A stretch of 64,000 nucleotides of DNA from Auanema rhodensis (lineage: Eukaryota > Animalia > Nematoda): the NCBI GenBank assembly GCA_964057225.1, contig OZ059895.1, positions 1,798,001 through 1,862,000 on the forward strand, written 5' to 3'. A program made the position numbers and the translations under genes. Below the pieces are notes generated by a model, which saw only the letters and a program-made list of their open reading frames with translations, did not search any database and had not been told where the DNA came from. Below are positions 1 to 11,100 of this stretch, piece by piece; the stretch's first letter is position 1; the number at the start of each line of letters is the position of its first letter.

Positions 1-16
1 CACCGAGATATCAACT

Positions 17-38
17 GATATAAGTTCACACTTATATC
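17..38. repeat. Inverted repeat in each monomer: GATATAAGT-(TCAC)-ACTTATATC, 9-bp stem and 4-nt loop; overlaps an alternative ATATCA-AC-TGATAT palindrome (m8-21)
   Basis: The arms m17-25 and m30-38 are exact reverse complements. Confidence 0.92.
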
Positions 39-140
39 CTCGATTTTCACCCTGAAGAATTGATTTTTTCGTTGAATAACATTGTCCATCGTCTTTGCCT
101 TGAAAAATGAAATCTAAAAACATCTACTTTTTGCTAAATT

Positions 141-175
141 ATTTTGAAATTTTTCGAAAAAATTTTTGTCAAAAT
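141..175. repeat. Imperfect A/T-tract palindrome in each monomer, centred on TTTTTCGAAAAA (m150-161) with outer arms ATTTTGA/TCAAAAT
   Basis: A perfect 12-bp core palindrome, with m141-147 complementary to m169-175. Confidence 0.8.
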
Positions 176-188
176 GTTTTTGGAAGCA

Positions 189-216
189 ATGTTGAGTGTA
201 CATGGAAACTCAACAT
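189..216. repeat. 28-bp quasi-palindrome in each monomer: ATGTTGAGT-GTACATGGAA-ACTCAACAT, centred on CATG with two mismatched pairs (G198/A207, A200/G205)
   Basis: The arms m189-197 and m208-216 are exact reverse complements; T199 pairs with A206 and the centre is CATG. Confidence 0.92.
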
Positions 217-2046
217 ACACTAATGCATCATTTTTCAAACAATCATAACTAATTTGTGTATTAAGCGTTTCTCAATGTAGTATAGTGCATTCGATGCGGA
301 TTTTTGAGCTGCGTCGATCTGTGTTATCAGATTTGCGCTAGCTTAAAAATGCACCGAGATATCAACTGATATAAGTTCACACTTATATCCTCGATTTTCA
401 CCCTGAAGAATTAATTTTTTCGTTGAATAACATTGTCTATCGTCTTTGCCTTGAAAAATGGAATCTAAAAACATCTATTTTTTGCTAAATTATTTTGAAA
501 TTTTTCGAAAAAATTTTTGTCAAAATGTTTTTGGAAGCAATGTTGAGTGTACATGAAAACTCAACATACACTAATGCATCATTTTTCAAACAATCATAAC
601 TAATTTGTGTATTAAGCGTTTCTCAATGTAGTATAGTGCATTCGACGCGGATTTTTGAGCTGCGTCGATCTGTGTTATCAGATTTGCGCTAGCTTAAAAA
701 TGCACCGAGATATCAACTGATATAAGTTCACACTTATATCCTCGATTTTCACCCTGAAGAATTAATTTTTTCGTTGAATAACATTGTCTATCGTCTTTGC
801 CTTGAAAAATGGAATCTAAAAACATCTATTTTTTGCTAAATTATTTTGAAATTTTTCGAAAAAATTTTTGTCAAAATGTTTTTGGAAGCAATGTTGAGTG
901 TACATGGAAACTCAACATACACTAATGCATCATTTTTCAAACGATCATAACTTATTTTTTGTATCAAGCGTTTCTCGATGTAGTATAGTGCATTCGATGC
1001 GGATTTTTAAGCTGCGTCGATCTGTGTTATCAGATTTGCGCTAGCTTAAAAATGCACCGAGATATCAACTGATATAAGTTCACACTTATATCCTCGATTT
1101 TCACCCTGAAGAATTAATTTTTTCGTTGAATAACATTGTCCATCGTCTTTGCCTTGAAAAATGGAATCTAAAAACATCTACTTTTTGCTAAATTATTTTG
1201 AAATTTTTCGAAAAAATTTTTGTCAAAATGTTTTTGGAAGCAATGTTGAGTGTACATGGAAACTCAACATACACTAATGCATCATTTTTCAAACGATCAT
1301 AACTAATTTTTGTATCAAGCGTTTCTCAATGTAGTATAGTGCATTCGATGCGGATTTTTAAGCTGCGGCGATCTGTGTTATCAGATTTGCGCTAACTTAA
1401 AAATGCACCGAGATATCAACTGATATAAGTTCACACTTATATCCTCGATTTTCACCCTGAAGAATTAATTTTTTCGTTGAATAACATTGTCCATCGTCTT
1501 TGCCTTGAAAAATAGAATCTAAAAACATCTACTTTTTGCTAAATTATTTTGAAATTTTTCGAAAAAATTTTTGTCAAAATGTTTTTGGAAGCAATGTTGA
1601 GTGTACATGGAAACTCAACATACACTAATGCATCATTTTTCAAACGATCATAACTAATTTTTGTATCAAACGTTTCTCAATGTAGTATAGTGCATTCGAT
1701 GCGGATTTTTAAGCTGCGTCGATCTGTGTTATCAGATTTGCGCTAGCTTAAAAATGCACCGAGATATCAACTGATATAAGTTCACACTTATATCCTCGAT
1801 TTTCACCCTGAAGAATTAATTTTTTCGTTGAATAACATTGTCCATCGTCTTTGCCTTGAAAAATAGAATCTAAAAACATCTACTTTTTGCTAAATTATTT
1901 TGAAATTTTTCGAAAAAATTTTTGTCAAAATGTTTTTGGAAGCAATGTTGAGTGTACATGGAAACTCAACATACACTAATGCATCATTTTTCAAACGATC
2001 ATAACTAATTTTTGTATCAAGCGTTTCTCGATGTAGTATAGTGCAT

Positions 2047-2113
2047 TCGATGCGGATTTTTAAGCTGCGTCGATCTGTGTTATCAGATTTGCGCTAGCTT
2101 AAAAATGCACCGA
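2047..2113. repeat. Long (~67 nt) imperfect inverted repeat spanning each monomer junction (m291 to m6 of the next copy); example shown at the junction of monomers 6 and 7
   Basis: ATTTTTAAGCT (m300-310) pairs with AGCTTAAAAAT (m340-350), a perfect 11 bp. Inner pairs are GCG/CGC and ATCTG/CAGAT around a TGTTAT loop. The outer TCGATGC/GCACCGA pairing has one mismatch and a 2-nt bulge. Confidence 0.85.
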
Positions 2114-5100
2114 GATATCAACTGATATAAGTTCACACTTATATCCTCGATTTTCACCCTGAAGAATTAATTTTTTCGTTGAATAACATTGTCCATCGTC
2201 TTTGCCTTGAAAAATGGAATCTAAAAACATCTAATTTTTGCTAAATTATTTTGAAATTTTTCGAAAAAATTTTTGTCAAAATGTTTTTGGAAGCAATGTT
2301 GAGTGTACATGGAAACTCAACATACACTAATGCATCATTTTTCAAACGATCATAACTAATTTTTGTATCAAGCGTTTCTCAATGTAGTATAGTGCATTCG
2401 ATGCGGATTTTTAAGCTGCGGCGATCTGTGTTATCAGATTTGCGCTAACTTAAAAAAGCACCGAGATATCAACTGATATAAGTTCACACTTATATCCTCG
2501 ATTTTCACCCTGAAGAATTAATTTTTTCGTTGAATAACATTGTCCATCGTCTTTGCCTTGAAAAATAGAATCTAAAAACATCTACTTTTTGCTAAATTAT
2601 CTTGAAATTTTTCGAAAAAATTTTTGTCAAAATGTTTTTGGAAGCAATGTTGAGTGTACATGGAAACTCAACATACACTAATGCATCATTTTTCAAACGA
2701 TCATAACTAATTTTTGTATCAAACGTTTCTCAATGTAGTATAGTGCATTCGATGCGGATTTTTAAGCTGCGTCGATCTGTGTTATCAGATTTGCGCTAGC
2801 TTAAAAATGCACCGAGATATCAACTGATATAAGTTCACACTTATATCCTCGATTTTCACCCTGAAGAATTAATTTTTTCGTTGAATAACATCGTCCATCG
2901 TCTTTGCCTTGAAAAATGGAATCTAAAAACATCTACTTTTTGCTAAATTATTTTGAAATTTTTCGAAAAAATTTTTGTCAAAATGTTTTTGGAAGCAATG
3001 TTGAGTGTACATGGAAACTCAACATACACTAATGCATCATTTTTCAAACAATCATAACTAATTTGTGTATTAAGCGTTTCTCAATGTAGTATAGTGCATT
3101 CGATGCGGATTTTTAAGCTGCGGCGATCTGTGTTATCAGATTTGCGCTAACTTAAAAATGCACCGAGATATCAACTGATATAAGTTCACACTTATATCCT
3201 CGATTTTCACCCTGAAGAATTAATTTTTTCGTTGAATAACATTGTCCATCGTCTTTGCCTTGAAAAATAGAATCTAAAAACATCTACTTTTTGCTAAATT
3301 ATTTTGAAATTTTTCGAAAAAATTTTTGTCAAAATGTTTTTGGAAGCAATGTTGAGTGTACATGGAAACTCAACATACACTAATGCATCATTTTTCAAAC
3401 GATCATAACTAATTTTTGTATCAAACGTTTCTCAATGTAGTATAGTGCATTCGATGCGGATTTTTAAGCTGCGTCGATCTGTGTTATCAGATTTGCGCTA
3501 GCTTAAAAATGCACCGAGATATCAACTGATATAAGTTCACACTTATATCCTCGATTTTCACCCTGAAGAATTGATTTTTTCGTTGAATAACATCGTCCAT
3601 CGTCTTTGCCTTGAAAAATGGAATCTAAAAACATCTACTTTTTGCTAAATTATTTTGAAATTTTTCGAAAAAATTTTTGTCAAAATGTTTTTGGAAGCAA
3701 TGTTGAGTGTACATGGAAACTCAACATACACTAATGCATCATTTTTCAAACAATCATAACTAATTTGTGTATTAAGCGTTTCTCAATGTAGTATAGTGCA
3801 TTCGATGCGGATTTTTGAGCTGCGTCGATCTGTGTTATCAGATTTGCGCTAGCTTAAAAATGCACCGAGATATCAACTGATATAAGTTCACACTTATATC
3901 CTCGATTTTCACCCTGAAGAATTAATTTTTTCGTTGAATAACATTGTCTATTGTCTTTGCCTTGAAAAATGGAATCTAAAAACATCTATTTTTTGCTAAA
4001 TTATTTTGAAATTTTTCGAAAAAATTTTTGTCAAAATGTTTTTGGAAGCAATGTTGAGTGTACATGGAAACTCAACATACACTAATGCATCATTTTTCAA
4101 ACGATCATAACTAATTTTTGTATCAAGCGTTTCTCGATGTAGTATAGTGCATTCGATGCGGATTTTTAAGCTGCGTCGATCTGTGTTATCAGATTTGCGC
4201 TAGCTTAAAAATGCACCGAGATATCAACTGATATAAGTTCACACTTATATCCTCGATTTTCACCCTGAAGAATTAATTTTTTCGTTGAATAACATTGTCT
4301 ATCGTCTTTGCCTTGAAAAATGGAATCTAAAAACATCTATTTTTTGCTAAATTATTTTGAAATTTTTCGAAAAAATTTTTGTCAAAATGTTTTTGGAAGC
4401 AATGTTGAGTGTACATGGAAACTCAACATACACTAATGCATCATTTTTCAAACGATCATAACTAATTTTTGTATCAAACGTTTCTCAATGTAGTATAGTG
4501 CATTCGATGCGGATTTTTAAGCTGCGTCGATCTGTGTTATCAGATTTGCGCTAGCTTAAAAATGCACCGAGATATCAACTGATATAAGTTCACACTTATA
4601 TCCTCGATTTTCACCCTGAAGAATTAATTTTTTCGTTGAATAACATTGTCCATCGTCTTTGCCTTGAAAAATGGAATCTAAACACATCTACTTTTTGCTA
4701 AATTATTTTGAAATTTTTCGAAAAAATTTTTGTCAAAATGTTTTTGGAAGCAATGTTGAGTGTACATGGAAACTCAACATACACTAATGCATCATTTTTC
4801 AAACGATCATAACTAATTTTTGTAATAAGCGTTTCTCAATGTAGTATAGTGCATTCGATGCGGATTTTTAAGCTGCGTCGATCTGTGTTATCAGATTTGC
4901 GCTAGCTTAAAAATGCACCGAGATATCAACTGATATAAGTTCACACTTATATCCTCGATTTTCACCCTGAAGAATTAATTTTTTCGTTGAATAACATTGT
5001 CTATCGTCTTTGCCTTGAAAAATGGAATCTAAAAACATCTATATTTTGCTAAATTATTTTGAAATTTTTCGAAAAAATTTTTGTCAAAATGTTTTTGGAA

Positions 5101-8100
5101 GCAATGTTGAGTGTACATGGAAACTCAACATACACTAATGCATCATTTTTCAAACGATCATAACTAATTTTTGTATCAAGCGTTTCTCGATGTAGTATAG
5201 TGCATTCGATGCGGATTTTTAAGCTGCGTCGATCTGTGTTATCAGATTTGCGCTAGCTTAAAAATGCACCGAGATATCAACTGATATACATAAGTTCACA
5301 CTTATATCCTCGATTTTCACCCTGAAGAATTAATTTTTTCGTTGAATAACATTGTCCATCGTCTTTGCCTTGAAAAATGGAATCTAAACACATCTACTTT
5401 TTGCTAAATTATTTTGAAATTTTTCGAAAAAATTTTTGTCAAAATGTTTTTGGAAGCAATGTTGAGTGTACATGGAAACTCAACATACACTAATGCATCA
5501 TTTTTCAAACGATCATAACTAATTTTTGTAATAAGCGTTTCTCAATGTAGTATAGTGCATTCGATGCGGATTTTTAAGCTGCGTCGATCTGTGTTATCAG
5601 ATTTGCGCTAGCTTAAAAATGCACCGAGATATCAACTGATATAAGTTCACACTTATATCCTCGATTTTCACCCTGAAGAATTAATTTTTTCGTTGAATAA
5701 CATTGTCTATCGTCTTTGCCTTGAAAAATGGAATCTAAAAACATCTATATTTTGCTAAATTATTTTGAAATTTTTCGAAAAAATTTTTGTCAAAATGTTT
5801 TTGGAAGCAATGTTGAGTGTACATGGAAACTCAACATACACTAATGCATCATTTTTCAAACGATCATAACTAATTTTTGTATCAAGCGTTTCTCGATGTA
5901 GTATAGTGCATTCGATGCGGATTTTTAAGCTGCGTCGATCTGTGTTATCAGATTTGCGCTAGCTTAAAAATGCACCGAGATATCAACTGATATAAGTTCA
6001 CACTTATATCCTCGATTTTCACCCTGAAGAATTAATTTTTTCGTTGAATAACATTGTCTATCGTCTTTGCCTTGAAAAATGGAATCTAAAAACATCTATA
6101 TTTTGCTAAATTATTTTGAAATTTTTCGAAAAAATTTTTGTCAAAATGTTTTTGGAAGCAATGTTGAGTGTACATGGAAACTCAACATACACTAATGCAT
6201 CATTTTTCAAACAATCATAACTAATTTTTGTATCAAACGTTTCTCAATGTAGTATAGTGCATTCGATGCGGATTTTTAAGCTGCGTCGATCTGTGTTATC
6301 AGATTTGCGCTAGCTTAAAAATGCACCGAGATATCAACTGATATAAGTTCACACTTATATCCTCGATTTTCACCCTGAAGAATTAATTTTTTCGTTGAAT
6401 AACATTGTCTATCGTCTTTGCCTTGAAAAATGGAATCTAAAAACATCTATATTTTGCTAAATTATTTTGAAATTTTTCGAAAAAATTTTTGTCAAAATGT
6501 TTTTGGAAGCAATGTTGAGTGTACATGGAAACTCAACATACACTAATGCATCATTTTTCAAACAATCATAACTAATTTTTGTATCAAACGTTTCTCAATG
6601 TAGTATAGTGCATTCGATGCGGATTTTTAAGCTGCGTCGATCTGTGTTATCAGATTTGCGCTAGCTTAAAAATGCACCGAGATATCAACTGATATAAGTT
6701 CACACTTATATCCTCGATTTTCACCCTGAAGAATTAATTTTTTCGTTGAATAACATTGTCCATCGTCTTTGCCTTGAAAAATGGAATCTAAACACATCTA
6801 CTTTTTGCTAAATTATTTTGAAATTTTTCGAAAAAATTTTTGTCAAAATGTTTTTGGAAGCAATGTTGAGTGTACATGGAAACTCAACATACACTAATGC
6901 ATCATTTTTCAAACGATCATAACTAATTTTTGTAATAAGCGTTTCTCAATGTAGTATAGTGCATTCGATGCGGATTTTTAAGCTGCGTCGATCTGTGTTA
7001 TCAGATTTGCGCTAGCTTAAAAATGCACCGAGATATCAACTGATATAAGTTCACACTTATATCCTCGATTTTCACCCTGAAGAATTAATTTTTTCGTTGA
7101 ATAACATTGTCTATCGTCTTTGCCTTGAAAAATGGAATCTAAAAACATCTATATTTTGCTAAATTATTTTGAAATTTTTCGAAAAAATTTTTGTCAAAAT
7201 GTTTTTGGAAGCAATGTTGAGTGTACATGGAAACTCAACATACACTAATGCATCATTTTTCAAACGATCATAACTAATTTTTGTATTAAGCGTTTCTCAA
7301 TGTAGTATAGTGCATTCGATGCGGATTTTTAAGCTGCGTCGATCTGTGTTATCAGATTTGCGCTAGCTTAAAAATGCACCGAGATATCAACTGATATAAG
7401 TTCACACTTATATCCTCGATTTTCACCCTGAAGAATTAATTTTTTCGTTGAATAACATTGTCTATCGTCTTTGCCTTGAAAAATGGAATCTAAAAACATC
7501 TATATTTTGCTAAATTATTTTGAAATTTTTCGAAAAAATTTTTGTCAAAATGTTTTTGGAAGCAATGTTGAGTGTACATGGAAACTCAACATACACTAAT
7601 GCATCATTTTTCAAACGATCATAACTAATTTTTGTATCAAGCGTTTCTCGATGTAGTATAGTGCATTCGATGCGGATTTTTAAGCTGCGTCGATCTGTGT
7701 TATCAGATTTGCGCTAGCTTAAAAATGCACCGAGATATCAACTGATATACATAAGTTCACACTTATATCCTCGATTTTCACCCTGAAGAATTAATTTTTT
7801 CGTTGAATAACATTGTCCATCGTCTTTGCCTTGAAAAATGGAATCTAAAAACATCTAATTTTTGCTAAATTATTTTGAAATTTTTCGAAAAAATTTTTGT
7901 CAAAATGTTTTTGGAAGCAATGTTGAGTGTACATGGAAACTCAACATACACTAATGCATCATTTTTCAAACGATCATAACTAATTTGTGTATTAAGCGTT
8001 TCTCAATGTAGTATAGTGCATTCGATGCGGATTTTTGAGCTGCGTCGATCTGTGTTATCAGATTTGCGCTAGCTTAAAAATGCACCGAGATATCAACTGA

Positions 8101-11100
8101 TATAAGTTCACACTTATATCCTCGATTTTCACCCTGAAGAATTAATTTTTTCGTTGAATAACATTGTCTATCGTCTTTGCCTTGAAAAATGGAATCTAAA
8201 AACATCTATTTTTTGCTAAATTATTTTGAAATTTTTCGAAAAAATTTTTGTCAAAATGTTTTTGGAAGCAATGTTGAGTGTACATGGAAACTCAACATAC
8301 ACTAATGCATCATTTTTCAAACGATCATAACTAATTTTTGTATCAAGCGTTTCTCGATGTAGTATAGTGCATTCGATGCGGATTTTTAAGCTGCGTCGAT
8401 CTGTGTTATCAGATTTGCGCTAGCTTAAAAATGCACCGAGATATCAACTGATATAAGTTCACACTTATATCCTCGATTTTCACCCTGAAGAATTAATTTT
8501 TTCGTTGAATAACATTGTCTATCGTCTTTGCCTTGAAAAATGGAATCTAAAAACATCTATATTTTGCTAAATTATTTTGAAATTTTTCGAAAAAATTTTT
8601 GTCAAAATGTTTTTGGAAGCAATGTTGAGTGTACATGGAAACTCAACATACACTAATGCATCATTTTTCAAACGATCATAACTAATTTTTGTATCAAACG
8701 TTTCTCAATGTAGTATAGTGCATTCGATGCGGATTTTTAAGCTGCGTCGATCTGTGTTATCAGATTTGCGCTAGCTTAAAAATGCACCGAGATATCAACT
8801 GATATAAGTTCACACTTATATCCTCGATTTTCACCCTGAAGAATTAATTTTTTCGTTGAATAACATCGTCCATCGTCTTTGCCTTGAAAAATGGAATCTA
8901 AAAACATCTACTTTTTGCTAAATTATTTTGAAATTTTTCGAAAAAATTTTTGTCAAAATGTTTTTGGAAGCAATGTTGAGTGTACATGGAAACTCAACAT
9001 ACACTAATGCATCATTTTTCAAACGATCATAACTAATTTTTGTATTAAGCGTTTCTCAATGTAGTATAGTGCATTCGATGCGGATTTTTAAGCTGCGTCG
9101 ATCTGTGTTATCAGATTTGCGCTAGCTTAAAAATGCACCGAGATATCAACTGATATAAGTTCACACTTATATCCTCGATTTTCACCCTGAAGAATTAATT
9201 TTTTCGTTGAATAACATTGTCTATCGTCTTTGCCTTGAAAAATGGAATCTAAAAACATCTATATTTTGCTAAATTATTTTGAAATTTTTCGAAAAAATTT
9301 TTGTCAAAATGTTTTTGGAAGCAATGTTGAGTGTACATGGAAACTCAACATACACTAATGCATCATTTTTCAAACGATCATAACTAATTTTTGTATCAAG
9401 CGTTTCTCGATGTAGTATAGTGCATTCGATGCGGATTTTTAAGCTGCGTCGATCTGTGTTATCAGATTTGCGCTAGCTTAAAAATGCACCGAGATATCAA
9501 CTGATATACATAAGTTCACACTTATATCCTCGATTTTCACCCTGAAGAATTAATTTTTTCGTTGAATAACATTGTCCATCGTCTTTGCCTTGAAAAATGG
9601 AATCTAAAAACATCTAATTTTTGCTAAATTATTTTGAAATTTTTCGAAAAAATTTTTGTCAAAATGTTTTTGGAAGCAATGTTGAGTGTACATGGAAACT
9701 CAACATACACTAATGCATCATTTTTCAAACGATCATAACTTATTTGTGTATTAAGCGTTTCTCAATGTAGTATAGTGCATTCGATGCGGATTTTTGAGCT
9801 GCGTCGATCTGTGTTATCAGATTTGCGCTAGCTTAAAAATGCACCGAGATATCAACTGATATAAGTTCACACTTATATCCTCGATTTTCACCCTGAAGAA
9901 TTAATTTTTTCGTTGAATAACATTGTCTATCGTCTTTGCCTTGAAAAATGGAATCTAAAAACATCTATTTTTTGCTAAATTATTTTGAAATTTTTCGAAA
10001 AAATTTTTGTCAAAATGTTTTTGGAAGCAATGTTGAGTGTACATGGAAACTCAACATACACTAATGCATCATTTTTCAAACGATCATAACTAATTTTTGT
10101 ATCAAGCGTTTCTCGATGTAGTATAGTGCATTCGATGCGGATTTTTAAGCTGCGTCGATCTGTGTTATCAGATTTGCGCTAGCTTAAAAATGCACCGAGA
10201 TATCAACTGATATAAGTTCACACTTATATCCTCGATTTTCACCCTGAAGAATTAATTTTTTCGTTGAATAACATTGTCTATCGTCTTTGCCTTGAAAAAT
10301 GGAATCTAAAAACATCTATTTTTTGCTAAATTATCTTGAAATTTTTCGAAAAAATTTTTGTCAAAATGTTTTTGGAAGCAATGTTGAGTGTACATGGAAA
10401 CTCAACATACACTAATGCATCATTTTTCAAACGATCATAACTAATTTTTGTATCAAGCGTTTCTCGATGTAGTATAGTGCATTCGATGCGGATTTTTAAG
10501 CTGCGTCGATCTGTGTTATCAGATTTGCGCTAGCTTAAAAATGCACCGAGATATCAACTGATATAAGTTCACACTTATATCCTCGATTTTCACCCTGAAG
10601 AATTAATTTTTTCGTTGAATAACATCGTCCATCGTCTTTGCCTTGAAAAATGGAATCTAAAAACATCTACTTTTTGCTAAATTATTTTGAAATTTTTCGA
10701 AAAAATTTTTGTCAAAATGTTTTTGGAAGCAATGTTGAGTGTACATGGAAACTCAACATACACTAATGCATCATTTTTCAAACGAACATAACTAATTTTT
10801 GTATTAAGCGTTTCTCAATGTAGTATAGTGCATTCGATGCGGATTTTTAAGCTGCGTCGATCTGTGTTATCAGATTTGCGCTAGCTTAAAAATGCACCGA
10901 GATATCAACTGATATAAGTTCACACTTATATCCTCGATTTTCACCCTGAAGAATTAATTTTTTCGTTGAATAACATTGTCTATCGTCTTTGCCTTGAAAA
11001 ATGGAATCTAAAAACATCTATTTTTTGCTAAATTATTTTGAAATTTTTCGAAAAAATTTTTGTCAAAATGTTTTTGGAAGCAATGTTGAGTGTACATGGA

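Larger units (their letters stand above)
1..351 (+). repeat. Representative 351-bp monomer (arbitrary phase); ~31% GC; carries EcoRV (m7-12), BstBI (m153-158), BsrGI (m197-202), NsiI (m223-228) and NheI (m337-342) sites
   Basis: Read directly from the sequence; about 110 G+C of 351 in the consensus by hand count. Confidence 0.97.

Noticed and set aside
67-83. CENP-B-box-like motif TTTCGTTGAATAACATT
   Set aside because: It matches only the TTCG....A half of NTTCGNNNNANNCGGGN; the essential CGGG is missing.
300-350. Hairpins as rho-independent terminators or bacterial REP/iteron elements
   Set aside because: There is no gene context, the stems are AT-rich, and a 64-kb gene-free tandem array is not prokaryote-like.
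1-351. Monomer as an ancient dimer (~175 bp) or trimer (~117 bp)
   Set aside because: Only weak ATC..AACT/ACT-like echoes at m7, m120 and m241; no convincing alignment by eye. A self dot plot would be needed.
1-351. Tandem RNA-gene cluster (5S rRNA, tRNA, snRNA or spliced-leader RNA)
   Set aside because: The unit size is compatible, but I recognise no 5S or tRNA sequence, Pol III A/B/C boxes or spliced-leader motif. An Rfam cmscan would be the definitive test.
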